Of a DNA stretch of 64,000 bases, positions 32,185-42,175 are shown piece after piece. Source of the stretch: Longimicrobiales bacterium (GTDB taxonomy: Bacteria > Gemmatimonadota > Gemmatimonadetes > Longimicrobiales > Gaopeijiaceae). Below the pieces are notes generated by a model, which was not told the DNA's origin, searched no databases, and worked only from the letters and a program-made list of their open reading frames with translations. Numbering within the stretch: the first letter of the stretch is position 1; every line of letters starts with the position of its first letter. The stretch lies in contig OZ250165.1 of assembly GCA_965238005.1 (NCBI GenBank), positions 1,664,001 to 1,728,000 on the forward strand, read 5' to 3'. The translations under genes were made by a program, and so were the position numbers.

Positions 32185-34416
32185 ATGTCAATCAGAAGAA
32201 GTGCATCATCATGTCTCCGTCTGGCTGGCTTCCTGGCTTTCCTTGCAGTTCACGCCGTGGACGGTTCAGCGCAGGTCCCCGCTGAAACTCAGAATCGGTT
32301 GCGGGCGATCTTCGAACAGGGTGAGTTGAATGCCAAGTCCTTTAGCGCGACCTGGCTCCGAGATGGCTCGGGTTACGTCGTGCGTGAACCAGTTTCCGGA
32401 TCGGGAGAACCGGCGCTTGTGCGCTATGACGCTGCAAGTGGCGATCGCACTGTGGTGGCTTCACCGTCACAGCTCAAACCTCAGGGGGCGGACACGCCAC
32501 TCGAGGTCGTAGACCACGCATTCTCACCGGATGGTAGTTGGCTGTTGCTGCAGGCGTTCCGGGATGAGGCCGGAAACCGTGTCGTTGATTACTGGACGCT
32601 GGAGAGGTCATCGGGAGCGCTTCGAAGAGTGGTTGCCGGGGTGTCTTCCTCATCCAGCAACAGCATTGCCCCCGACGGGCAGCGTTTCCTCTATTCCGAT
32701 AAGGGAAACCTGCACGTGTACGATCTGCGCCGTGACCAGACGATTGCTCTCACGAAGGACGGGGTCGTCGGCTCGGTTTCGAACGGTCGCTCGGTCTGGA
32801 GCCCAGATGGAAAGCGGATCGCTTATGTGCGGTCGGACAGGTCCGACGTCCGGTTGCGATCAATGCTTGTCCCGGGGGATCCAACGTATCCCGAGGTTAG
32901 AGAGGTCCGCTATGCCAGAATAGGCGGGACCATCGCGACACTTGGTGTCGGCGTCGTCGCTGCCGAGGGCGGCGAGACAAGCTGGCTCTCCATTCCTGCG
33001 CCGGCGGAGGGTTTCTATCTCGGACAGATCGGCTGGGCCGGAAATTCCGATGAGCTGCTGGTGGAGCAGTGGAGCAGATTCAGGGACAAGCGGGAGTTTC
33101 TCATTGCCGACGTCCGCACTGGTAAGATCACCAGTATGTACGAGGAATCCGATCCGGCCTGGGTCATCGCGAGCTACCGTAAGAATGCCGGACTGGAGTG
33201 GATCCGCGACCACCGCGCATTCATTGTAATGAGCGAAAAGGATGGCTGGCGGCATGCCTATGTCTACTCACGCAAGGGCGAGGAGCAAGCCCTGTTGACA
33301 CCAGGCGCTAGCGATATCATCGAACGTAATATGGTGGACGAAGCAGGAGGTTGGTTTTACTACAACGCATCCCCTGACAACGCGACCCAGAAGTATCTCT
33401 ATCGTGTGCGGCTGGACGGCAGCGGAGAGCCCGAACGGGTCACACCCATGAACCAGCCCGGTACGCATGACTACGTCTTCTCCCCCGACGCTAAGTGGGC
33501 GTTCCATACCTACTCCACCTTTGACACGCCTCCGGTCACCGAACTCGTGGAACTACCCGAGCACCGGGTTGTGCGTGTGCTTGAGGACAATCATGAGGTG
33601 CGCGCCAAAATGGAGTCCCTTGCCGCCCGGCCAGCCGAGTTTCTTCAGCTTGATATTGGCAACGACGTGGTGATGGACGCATGGATGCTCAAGCCCAAGG
33701 ACTTCGACCCTTCGCGGAAGTATCCCGTCTTCATTTATGTGTACAGTGAGCCACACGCACAGACCGTGCTGGACCGCTGGGGGGGCAGCCGAAACGATTA
33801 CCATCGCGTGATCGCCGACCTCGGTTATCTCGTCGTGAGCATGGACAGCCGTGGCACACCGGCGCCGAAGGGCGCTGCATGGAGGCGGGCAGTGTTCGGT
33901 AGCCTTGGCCCGATTTCTACCGAGGAGCAGGCATCGGCTCTGCAGGAGCTTGGCCGTACCCTGTCCTATGTAGACTTGTCCCGGGTCGGGATCTGGGGCT
34001 CGAGCGGTGGAGGTTCGAACACCCTCAATGCCATGTTCCGGAAGCCGGATGTCTATCACGTAGGGATCGCCAAAGCAGCCAAGCCGCAACCGCACCTCTA
34101 CAATGCATCTTTCCAGGAGATCTACATGAATACCCCGGAGGTGAATCCGGATGGATACCGTGAGTCTGCCCCAATCAACTTTGCCGAAGGCCTCAAGGGC
34201 GACCTCCTGATCATCCATGGCACGGGAGAGACCAACACCCATGTCCAAATCATAGAGGGTCTGGTAGATCGCCTCATAGAACTGGGCAAGCAGTTTGATT
34301 ACATGACCTACCCCAACCGTAACCATGGTATCCGGGTGGGTAAGGGCACATCGCTACACCTGCACAATCTTATGGCACGGTATCTGTTCACGCATCTGCC
34401 GGCCGGTCCCCGGTAG
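32185..34416 (+). CDS. S9B dipeptidyl-peptidase IV family peptidase
   Basis: Signal peptide, beta-propeller repeats, KYPV...VY, GIWGSSGGG nucleophile, HGTGE.N.H, YPNR.H. Confidence 0.93.
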   Translation: MSIRRSASSCLRLAGFLAFLAVHAVDGSAQVPAETQNRLRAIFEQGELNAKSFSATWLRDGSGYVVREPVSGSGEPALVRYDAASGDRTVVASPSQLKPQGADTPLEVVDHAFSPDGSWLLLQAFRDEAGNRVVDYWTLERSSGALRRVVAGVSSSSSNSIAPDGQRFLYSDKGNLHVYDLRRDQTIALTKDGVVGSVSNGRSVWSPDGKRIAYVRSDRSDVRLRSMLVPGDPTYPEVREVRYARIGGTIATLGVGVVAAEGGETSWLSIPAPAEGFYLGQIGWAGNSDELLVEQWSRFRDKREFLIADVRTGKITSMYEESDPAWVIASYRKNAGLEWIRDHRAFIVMSEKDGWRHAYVYSRKGEEQALLTPGASDIIERNMVDEAGGWFYYNASPDNATQKYLYRVRLDGSGEPERVTPMNQPGTHDYVFSPDAKWAFHTYSTFDTPPVTELVELPEHRVVRVLEDNHEVRAKMESLAARPAEFLQLDIGNDVVMDAWMLKPKDFDPSRKYPVFIYVYSEPHAQTVLDRWGGSRNDYHRVIADLGYLVVSMDSRGTPAPKGAAWRRAVFGSLGPISTEEQASALQELGRTLSYVDLSRVGIWGSSGGGSNTLNAMFRKPDVYHVGIAKAAKPQPHLYNASFQEIYMNTPEVNPDGYRESAPINFAEGLKGDLLIIHGTGETNTHVQIIEGLVDRLIELGKQFDYMTYPNRNHGIRVGKGTSLHLHNLMARYLFTHLPAGPR

Positions 34417-34634
34417 GTGTGGTTAGTGTCTGACCGATACTCGAGTGGGTGTGGTGGTTCAACTATCACCGCCTCCTAGGAAGGCGACTGTCGGTAGGTA
34501 CTGTCGGTTACTGTCGGTTTACTGTCGATTCGAGGCGGCAGATGCCGACATTGGCTGAGGCGGATGACGGCATACCGTGCAGCCCGCCAACGGTTTATGC
34601 GGTCTAATGTCGGAATCCCGTACCCGCTTGAACT

Positions 34635-34679
34635 TGCCTCCTAAGCAGTAGGCCGCAGGTTCGAATCCTGCCGGGGACG
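34635..34679 (+). other. 3' half of tRNA-Arg(CCT); att-site duplicate
   Basis: TGCCTCCTAAGCAGTAGGCCGCAGGTTCGAATCCTGCCGGGGACG, with compensatory T-stem change relative to 31185-31229. Confidence 0.9.
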
Positions 34680-34928
34680 CTTAGGTAAGTGAAGGCCCTG
34701 CTTGGACTTAGATTGTCTGAGCGAGGCTTCGTCGTAGGTGCTGACTCACCGTACTGTCGGTGGGCTGCTGATCAAGCGGGAGAAAGCCACCGGAAGCAAA
34801 CTCTCTACTCTGCTCCCCCTCTCTTCCAAACGGGACCGACGCCGCAGGGCCGTTGAGGGGCCTTATTCTTTTATCCTTTCTATTGCTGGCATACCGGTTC
34901 CGGTTTGCTGGACAAGTCGGCGGCCTAA

Positions 34929-35822
34929 TCAAGCCGCCTTCAGGGTGAGCTCCTGACGGACCTGGGCCGGGGTCCGATACCCATGCCGCTCTAGGAGCCA
35001 CCCGCGGTTGTAGCGTTCGATAAACGCGTCGATCTCCTGTCTGGCCTCCTCGAGACTCTTGAAGTCGTGGAGGTACAAGCACTCCTCCTTCAGCGTCCGC
35101 ATGAAGCGCTCTGCGACGCCGTTGCACTCCGGCTCTCCCACGTACGAGGCCGTCGAGCGGATCCCGAGCCAGGCCAGCTCCCCCTGGAACTGATGCGCCG
35201 TGTACTGCGGTCCCCAGTCGTGCCGTAGGCCGAGCCCCAGAGCGATCTTGGGCGCGTAGTCGTCCATGTGGGTCCGTACGCCCTGGCGGATCGGCTCGAG
35301 CGCTGCCCACCGATCGCCCTTCTTCGCCACGTGCCAGCCCACCACGTCCGTGACGCAGTGATCCACCGCCACGAAAAACCAGCACCACCCATCCTCCTTC
35401 GTGTAGAACCGCGTCGCGTCCGTGCCCCACAGCTCGTTCGGCACGTCCGTCGTGATCCGGCCACTGTGGCTCCGGTCCCCATGCGGATGCTTCCCGCGTC
35501 GTACAGGGGCCAGCAGCCCATTCTCCCGCATCAGCCTGAGCACGCGGTTCTTGCCCACATGGATCCCCTTCGGCCTCAGGCGCGCCCTCACCTTTCGATG
35601 ACCCTCGCCCAGGAAGTCGCTCTGCTTCAGCACCTGTCGGATCTCCTCTACCAACTCCTCGTCGCTCAGCTTCGTCTTCGGTCCTCGTTTCTTCGGCTCT
35701 GCCGGCCCCTCGCTCTCTTCTCGATCCCGGGCCGCATAGACCGTCGAGCGCCCCACCCGCCAGGCCTCGCAGATCATCGTCAGAGGGTAGGGCCGCCCGG
35801 TCCCCGGACTCACTCGCGTCCA
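34929..35822 (-). CDS. Transposase OrfB (rve integrase core); start uncertain
   Basis: WGTDAT, LRHDWGPQY, NGVAERF.RTLKEE. Confidence 0.85.
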   Translation of the reverse strand, partial: WTRVSPGTGRPYPLTMICEAWRVGRSTVYAARDREESEGPAEPKKRGPKTKLSDEELVEEIRQVLKQSDFLGEGHRKVRARLRPKGIHVGKNRVLRLMRENGLLAPVRRGKHPHGDRSHSGRITTDVPNELWGTDATRFYTKEDGWCWFFVAVDHCVTDVVGWHVAKKGDRWAALEPIRQGVRTHMDDYAPKIALGLGLRHDWGPQYTAHQFQGELAWLGIRSTASYVGEPECNGVAERFMRTLKEECLYLHDFKSLEEARQEIDAFIERYNRGWLLERHGYRTPAQVRQELTLKAA

Positions 35823-36172
35823 CGCTTCAAGAGCGTCCGTAGCTCGTCCCCGTACCCCCTTTTTTCCAGGAGCTCTCTCGCAAGCTCCAGTCGCATCGTC
35901 AACTCTCCCAGCTTCGCCTGGGTCCGGGTCAGCTCTCGTTCTCCAGGGTCCCGGCCCCGGCGCCTCAGCCCCTGCTGACCGGTCTCCAGAAACACCCGCC
36001 GCCATTCCTCCAACTCCGGTGGTGAGACCTGCACCTCGCGGCTGACCTCCACCAGATCCTCCCCCCGCAGCAGGCGCAGCACCACCTCCGTCTTATGCTG
36101 TGCGCTCCACCGCTCGGGTACCTTCTCACGACCTTCGGTCGCCTTCTTTTCCCTCGGCTTCTGGGCCATCAC
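35810..36172 (-). CDS. Transposase OrfA (HTH)
   Basis: RWSAQHKTEVVLRLLRGEDL..VSRE, AKLGELTM. Confidence 0.85.
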   Translation of the reverse strand: MMAQKPREKKATEGREKVPERWSAQHKTEVVLRLLRGEDLVEVSREVQVSPPELEEWRRVFLETGQQGLRRRGRDPGERELTRTQAKLGELTMRLELARELLEKRGYGDELRTLLKRGRE

Positions 36173-36235
36173 GTCCCTTTCTCTCTGGACCCGCTCTCTT
36201 TGCCAATCTACTGTCCAGAGAAACCGGGGGCGCTA

Positions 36236-36778
36236 AAAGAGGGTCTGTCGCGCTCTCCGACCTCAAGATCGAGGATAAAGTTGCCGGTGGAGTTGAAGGT
36301 CTTGGATCGGCTGATCGCCCAGTTGATGTGGGGCTTGGGTTTTCTGCGGTCGTCGAGCACACAGTAGACTCTCTGATCCGTAGCGACAAGCCAGGTGCGT
36401 TGCTTCCTAGTTTGGAAGAAGAGTAAGGTCGCCGCACCCTCCAACTGCTCCTCCCCGGATCGGAAGTTCTTGGAGTGAACCACATAGCCAGCGATATCCC
36501 CGGGATCCATGAAGTCGCGAAGTCCGAAGAGAGGTTCATTCCTCAACCTCCTCCGGAGTCGAAGTCTGTACAACCGCACTACTGCCTTCGAGAAGGTTGT
36601 TCAGGATCATCGGCCATCCGACCGCTACGGCGATGGCGGCCTGGATATTCGGCTGGAGGATCTGGGCCGCCGCACTAATGAGACCGACAATGCCTGCCGC
36701 GACTGCCCACCCTAGTAGGACCGCGTAGCGGTTCTTCTCCCCGTAGCTGATGTCGAGGAATGATCGTCCTTCCCGCAC
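36236..36778 (-). pseudogene. Fragments of two hypothetical genes (membrane protein C-terminus; second gene truncated by IS)
   Basis: ORFs 36536-36778 and 36208-36579; the latter runs into the IS end. Confidence 0.4.
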
Positions 36779-36813
36779 GGGAACTCACGCTTCAACCCAC
36801 TCTCTCCAATGGC

Positions 36814-38838
36814 CTAGGCTTCTCGGGCAAACTCACTCTTGGGCATTGAGCGAGCGATCTCCACTCGGGCATCGTTGAAACAGGCGCCCCCACCGACCAC
36901 GTTCAAATGGGTCGGGCAAAGCGCGGTTGAGGTCTTGCCGTTCATCGAGGACTTTCGCCACGCGCCTTTGGGCATCGACACCACCCCCTCCCGAACGCGT
37001 TCGTCGACCCGCGCATGGCAGATTACCTCACCCAGCTCGTTGAAGACCCGGACGGTCTCGCCGTCGACGATCCCCCGACGCTCGGCATCGGCCGGATGGA
37101 CGGAAACCGCCAGCACCGGATAGTTGAACTCGCCCAGCGTGCTCGACACCATCTTGGTGCTCGCCGGACTGATGAGCGCGAGGGGATACCGTGCGTCCCT
37201 ACCAGATTCGTAACGGTACGGATGCGGACCCAGCTCGGGCGGGGTGAGGTGGATCTTTCCGTCATGGGTTCGGGGCATGATGGTGCGGAGCTGGATCGCG
37301 CCGTCGGGAAAGTCGAGGACGTCCAGGCGCCCGGCTGACAAGGCCTCCACGTTCGCCGCACGGCCCTCCATGCTGACGCCGTCGGCGACCTTCCGCAGAT
37401 GGGTCTCGCTGTCCCAGGCGAAAGGAGCGTCGTCCCAGCCCATGGCCCGCGCCAACAGGGCGAACACCTGGTCGTTGGGCTTCGCTTCCCCCATGGGGTC
37501 GATCACGGGACGAATGCCCCCCACCACGTAGTTGCCATAGCCGACCCGTATGTCCCGCTGCTCCAGAAACGTCGTTGCGGGCAGCAGGATGTCGGCGTAG
37601 CGCGCCGTATCGGTCATGACCTGCTCGAAGACGACCGTGAAGAGGTCCTCCCTGGCCAGTCCCCGAAGAACCGCATTCTGGTCGGGCACAGTGACCGCCG
37701 GGTTGCAGTTGTAGACGAAAAGACCCTTGACCGGCGGGTTCGGGTCGCCCGTGAGCACCTCTCCAAGCCGGGTCATGTTGATGACGCGGGTCTGCCAGTC
37801 GCTGTCTCCGTAGACGCGACTGGTGTCCAGCTTGACGGCCCCGCCGTTGCTCATGGTGTACCCGCCACCCAGGACACCGAACTTTCCCATGATCGCGGGC
37901 ATGGCCAGGATGGCCGCCACCGCCTGACCACCGTTGCGATTACGCTCCAGGCCTCACCCACACCGGATGACCGCGGGACTCCCACCCGCATAGGCGCGCG
38001 CCAGCGTCTCGATGTCTTCGGCGGGGACCCCGCTCTCGCTGGCGGCGGCGTCCAACGTCCAGCGGTCCGCCTGTTCCAGGAGTAGCTCGATTCCATCCGC
38101 GTGCTCCGCCAGGAACGTCTCATCGAGCTCTCCCGCCTCGTGCCACAGCCGAATCATCGCAAGCGCCAAGGGCAGGTCAGCCCCCGGAAGAACCGGTAGG
38201 TGAAGGTCTATCTCGTTGTCGGAAAAGCGGTTCCAGGGGTCGACCACGGCGATGAAGGCACCGTTGCGCTTCGCCTCGCGAAGGTACGGCACTAGATGGA
38301 TGTTGGAAGCCTTGGGGTTCGCCCCCCAAATGATGATCGTTCGGGCACTCGGATAGGCCTCGAACGAGACCCCTGGCATCTTGCCGTACATCCCGACCAC
38401 CTGGGTGGTCGGGACCGCACAGATGGTCTTGCCCAGGCGGGACGCACCCAGCCGTGCGAAGTAAAGTCCGTCCAGGCCTCCATCGCTCAGGAGTCCGTTT
38501 GAGCCACCATAGTGATAGGGGAGGATGGCCTCGCCGCCCCATTCCCGTCTGATCCCCTCGAACCGTTTCGTGATCTCGCCGATCGCCTCGTCCCATGAGA
38601 TGCGGACGTACTCGTCAGAGCCCTTGGCGCCCCCGCGGCGCATGGGGTGGAGCACGCGGTCGGGATGATAGGCTCGCTGACCGTATTGGCGGACCTTGTC
38701 ACAGATGAATCCGTTGGTCACGCTGTCGTCGCGGCTGCCGGTAATCCTCTGCACCTTGCCCCCCTCTACGCTCACCTCGAGGGCACAGGTGTCCGGGCAG
38801 TCCATGATGCAGGTCGTGGCCAAGGTTTTCGGCACCAT
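36814..38838 (-). pseudogene. Molybdopterin-dependent oxidoreductase with one in-frame TGA (37954-37956)
   Basis: CIMDCPDTC Fe-S motif, LGKTIC, TDTA.YADILLPA, molydop_binding C-terminus; the two ORFs are in the same frame across IRCG*GLER. Confidence 0.9.
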
Positions 38839-38939
38839 CGGTCTCCCCTAGTGGTACGCAGGCCTGACTGACGGGGTCACGTCGTTCATCCCCGGTATTC
38901 GGACGCCTCGACTCGAACGCCGAAAGTTAAGCCAAGCGT

Positions 38940-39221
38940 CTACTCCATGCGCCTATAGCGATAGAGTCGGTATCCATCCCGCTGCTCGAAGGCGTCGGGT
39001 TCGTAGCCTTGCGCAAGTATGGCGTCGAGGACCATCGCCATCCCCGCACCCATGAGATCCTGATCGCCGGCGAAGGTCATCCTGTCCGCGATCGCGAGCT
39101 CGAAAGAAGGACCTTCAAGTTTGGTCGCTACGACGTGGGCGTGAGCCGATTGGGCCGACTCAAAAATAGTCATCGTGCTCAGCTGCGAAAGAACATCAAG
39201 AGTTACTCTTTGGAGAGCCAT
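38940..39221 (-). CDS. Hypothetical protein
   Basis: 93-aa ORF MALQRVTLD...YRLYRYRRME. Confidence 0.45.
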   Translation of the reverse strand: MALQRVTLDVLSQLSTMTIFESAQSAHAHVVATKLEGPSFELAIADRMTFAGDQDLMGAGMAMVLDAILAQGYEPDAFEQRDGYRLYRYRRME

Positions 39222-39315
39222 ACGTATCTCTACGTCGCAAATATACGTACGAGGCCGTGCTGCGGCATGTAGTTTTGCCACGAGGCGACAGCCGAGCAGC
39301 CCTTCTGCATGGCGG

Positions 39316-40644
39316 TCATGGCGTCGCCTCCAAAGAACTGTGGACGCTGTCGGTGGGTCTGGGGCGTAGAGCCTCGAGGTCGCTGCCTGCCGGCTCCTGG
39401 AAGGCCTGGAGCCCGAACTCCGGGAGGCTCGCGATGAGGTGGTCGAAGATGTCCGCCTGCAGTCCCTCGTAGTTTCCCCAGTCCGTGTCATTGGAGAAGC
39501 AGTAGATCTCCAGGGGCAGGCCCTGGGGCCCAGGCTGGAGCTGCCGCAGGAGGAGCGTCATCCCCTGGTGGATCTTGGGATGGCTGCCCAGATAGTGCCG
39601 CACGTACGCCCGGAACGTGCCCACGTTCGTGAGGCGTCGTTGGTCCGGAATGAGGTCATCGCCCGGCACTTCCCGGGCATTGGCGACCTCCAGCTCACTC
39701 CGCTTGGACTGCAGGTATTCGTGCAGGAACTCGAAGCAGGAGAGCCGGGCCACCTCCTCGTCCGACAGGAAATGGATGGAGTTCATGTCCAGGTGGATCG
39801 CGCGCTTGATGCGCCGGCCGCCGGACTCACTCATCCCCCGCCAGTTCTTGAACGACTCGGAGATGAACTTGTGGGTGGGGATCGTGGAGATGGTCTTGTC
39901 CCAGTTCTGGATCTTCACCGTATGCAGCGCGATGTCGATGACGTCGCCGTCGGCGTCGGCCTGGGGCATCTCGACCCAGTCCCCGATGCGGATCATGTCG
40001 TTGGACATGATCTGGACGCTGGCCACCAGCGAGAGGATCGTGTCCCGGAAGACCAGCATCAGGACCGCCGTGAGCGCTCCGAGACCCGACAGGAAGACCA
40101 CCGGCGAGCGATCCCCCAGGATGGAGATCACCACGACGCCCGCGATCACATAAAGGAAGAGACTGATGACCTGGAGATAGCCCTTGATGGGGCGGTTCCC
40201 GGCCTCGGCGTAGGTCTCGGCGTAGATGTCGTTCAGGGCGTTCAGGAGGCCCCCGGCGGCCGTGGTGAGGGCCACCACCACCCATGCCAGGGACACCCGG
40301 CGCACCAGGATCGCGCCGGCGAGCATGAGTCCCTCCCGACTCGTGGACTGAAGGTCCACGGCCGGGGCGTCAACCAGGGCGTCAGGACCGACCCCCAGCG
40401 CCCATCCAATTCCAGCGTAGGTCACGAGCGCCGGCGCGATGTTGGCCAGCCGGTGGAAGACCCGTCGTTCGATGATGCGATCGTCCCATGTGGACCGGGT
40501 CCTGCTCGCCACCCGGTGGGCCAGCCCCAGGAATACGCGGCGGGCCACGACGTTGGCGGCCCACGCCAGGATGGTGAGTGAAAGGAGCCCGCCTACAGCC
40601 CGAAGCCAGTCGTTCGCGGCTATGCTCGACAGCAAGTCCTGCAT
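39316..40644 (-). CDS. MscS-family mechanosensitive channel (YbdG/MscM-like)
   Basis: GLGALTAVLMLVFRDTILSLVAS, GDW.EMP..ADG.V.DI.LHTVKIQNWDKTI, NWRGM.ESGGRRIKR. Confidence 0.93.
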   Translation of the reverse strand: MQDLLSSIAANDWLRAVGGLLSLTILAWAANVVARRVFLGLAHRVASRTRSTWDDRIIERRVFHRLANIAPALVTYAGIGWALGVGPDALVDAPAVDLQSTSREGLMLAGAILVRRVSLAWVVVALTTAAGGLLNALNDIYAETYAEAGNRPIKGYLQVISLFLYVIAGVVVISILGDRSPVVFLSGLGALTAVLMLVFRDTILSLVASVQIMSNDMIRIGDWVEMPQADADGDVIDIALHTVKIQNWDKTISTIPTHKFISESFKNWRGMSESGGRRIKRAIHLDMNSIHFLSDEEVARLSCFEFLHEYLQSKRSELEVANAREVPGDDLIPDQRRLTNVGTFRAYVRHYLGSHPKIHQGMTLLLRQLQPGPQGLPLEIYCFSNDTDWGNYEGLQADIFDHLIASLPEFGLQAFQEPAGSDLEALRPRPTDSVHSSLEATP

Positions 40645-40805
40645 GGTCTTTCCCTTTCAGGCTGTGCGGGGGCGGGCCTCATGCCGCAGCATTTTCGCCC
40701 AAGAAATAGTGTAAACCGCGCGCCCGCCTCAAGACAGGCACGGCAAGCTGTCATGCCAGGATTCGTGTAGTAAGTCTCCAATGGCTGCACCCTTTAGCGA
40801 GATGT

Positions 40806-41216
40806 CTTCGAGACCGCCCGAGCGGCTGACGCCCGAGGTGGTGCGCGAGGACTCGTGGCGGCTGTACCAGCAAAGACTGGACCAGGAGCGTGCCGCTCCA
40901 ATCGAAGGTACGGAGGGTGGCTGGTTCCCGTTCTTTTCGCCGGACGGTGCCTGGATCGGTTTCGCGGTCGGAAGGTCGCTGAAGCGAGTCTCACTGGCTG
41001 ACGGCGATGCGGAAACAATCGCCCCGGACATTGAGAGTGGGCTACGACGTCTTCGCTGACGGCTCGTTCGTCATCACCGTGCAGGATGATGACAACAGCC
41101 AGACGGGTGGGGATGGAGAGTCGATTGTCGCGAGGAGGCTCGAGCGGTTCGGGGCTACTGAGTTGCACGTCATCCTCAACTGGTTCGAGGAGTGGAAGGA
41201 GCGGGTGGGGAACTGA
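40806..41216 (+). pseudogene. Internally collapsed kinase/TolB-propeller paralogue
   Basis: Three joined blocks matching ~14937-14978, ~15106-15298 and ~16567-16744. Confidence 0.88.
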
Positions 41217-41326
41217 ACCGTCAGATCTCGCTTGCTAGGAAGCTCGCCGAGTCGCTCTTCGAAGAAGCGTACGTATCTTTATCTCGTGAGTATACGTACG
41301 AGGCGCGGCTGCGGCATGTAGATGCA

Positions 41327-42166
41327 TCAGCCTATCCGCCCCACGAGCTCGTCCACCGGAATCAGAATCTCGCCGGCCTCGGCCTTGAGCCGCTCGAACA
41401 TGCGGCTCACCTCGTCCGCCGCATGCCGCGCTTTCTCGGGATCGGCTCCGGCGGCTAGATCGAGGGCGCTCTTGAGCCTGACCTCGAAGTCTTCCTTTGC
41501 CGCCTCGTTCCCGACCTGAGTGCTCAGAACGTCCCACTGCGTCGCAATGTCGGTCAGCTTGTACCCTGCCCGCACCTGTTGGCGCTTCCGCTCCTCCACC
41601 ACGGTGTAGCGGGCCGCCCGGGGCAGGACAGCGAAGAGCATCTCCTCGAACTTATCCCCCAAGCCGTCCATGGCTCGTTCGACCCGGAGGATGAAGAACC
41701 CCACCAAAAACCCGAGGATGTTGGGTCGGATATAGGTGCCTTCCAGCCCACCGTCTGCGGTCACCTTGGACCACGCCCACCACACGACGAAGAGGTAGGC
41801 GAATGCCTGTGCCACGCGGTACGAGTGCTCACCCCAGTAGCCGCCCAGATCCCAGTCGTCGCCCTTCAAGCGAGCCGTGCCCATGATGAACAAGAGGACG
41901 CCGGCCAAGCACGTGAGATATGGGATCAAGTACGATTGGGCCGGTGCCGGCTGCGCTGAGGTCCCAGGGGTCGGGGAAGCGAAGAACTCGTCTCCATAGA
42001 TCACCGACAGGGGGACGATGATGAGGATGACCGCCACGGAGACTCCGAACAGAAACCAGTTGCGTCGTAGGATCTTGGCCTGCTCGTTCTTCGCCTCTTC
42101 CTCTTCGGTCTCGTGCGTGGGGGTGCCTGTGGTCCTTGGATCTTCCACCGGATTGTCTGCTGCCAT
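41327..42166 (-). CDS. Hypothetical membrane protein
   Basis: About 4 TM segments plus a soluble C-terminus; GGAG RBS directly after the upstream stop. Confidence 0.65.
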   Translation of the reverse strand: MAADNPVEDPRTTGTPTHETEEEEAKNEQAKILRRNWFLFGVSVAVILIIVPLSVIYGDEFFASPTPGTSAQPAPAQSYLIPYLTCLAGVLLFIMGTARLKGDDWDLGGYWGEHSYRVAQAFAYLFVVWWAWSKVTADGGLEGTYIRPNILGFLVGFFILRVERAMDGLGDKFEEMLFAVLPRAARYTVVEERKRQQVRAGYKLTDIATQWDVLSTQVGNEAAKEDFEVRLKSALDLAAGADPEKARHAADEVSRMFERLKAEAGEILIPVDELVGRIG

Positions 42167-42175
42167 CTGAGGCTC

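Larger units (their letters stand above)
34892..36235 (-). mobile_element. Second IS3-like element (orfA/orfB)
   Basis: IRs TAGCGCCCCCGGTTTCTCTGGACA / TACCGGTTCCGGTTTGCTGGACA; no TSD seen. Confidence 0.88.

Noticed and set aside
37954..37956. Selenocysteine codon in the molybdoenzyme
   Set aside because: The likely Mo-ligand position is an ordinary Cys (KTIC); the TGA falls at a G-W/Y-G-L position and no SECIS was evident.
40806..41216. DGR template/variable repeat pair with the kinase C-terminus
   Set aside because: No reverse transcriptase in the window, and the differences are not adenine-specific; better explained as a deleted paralogue.
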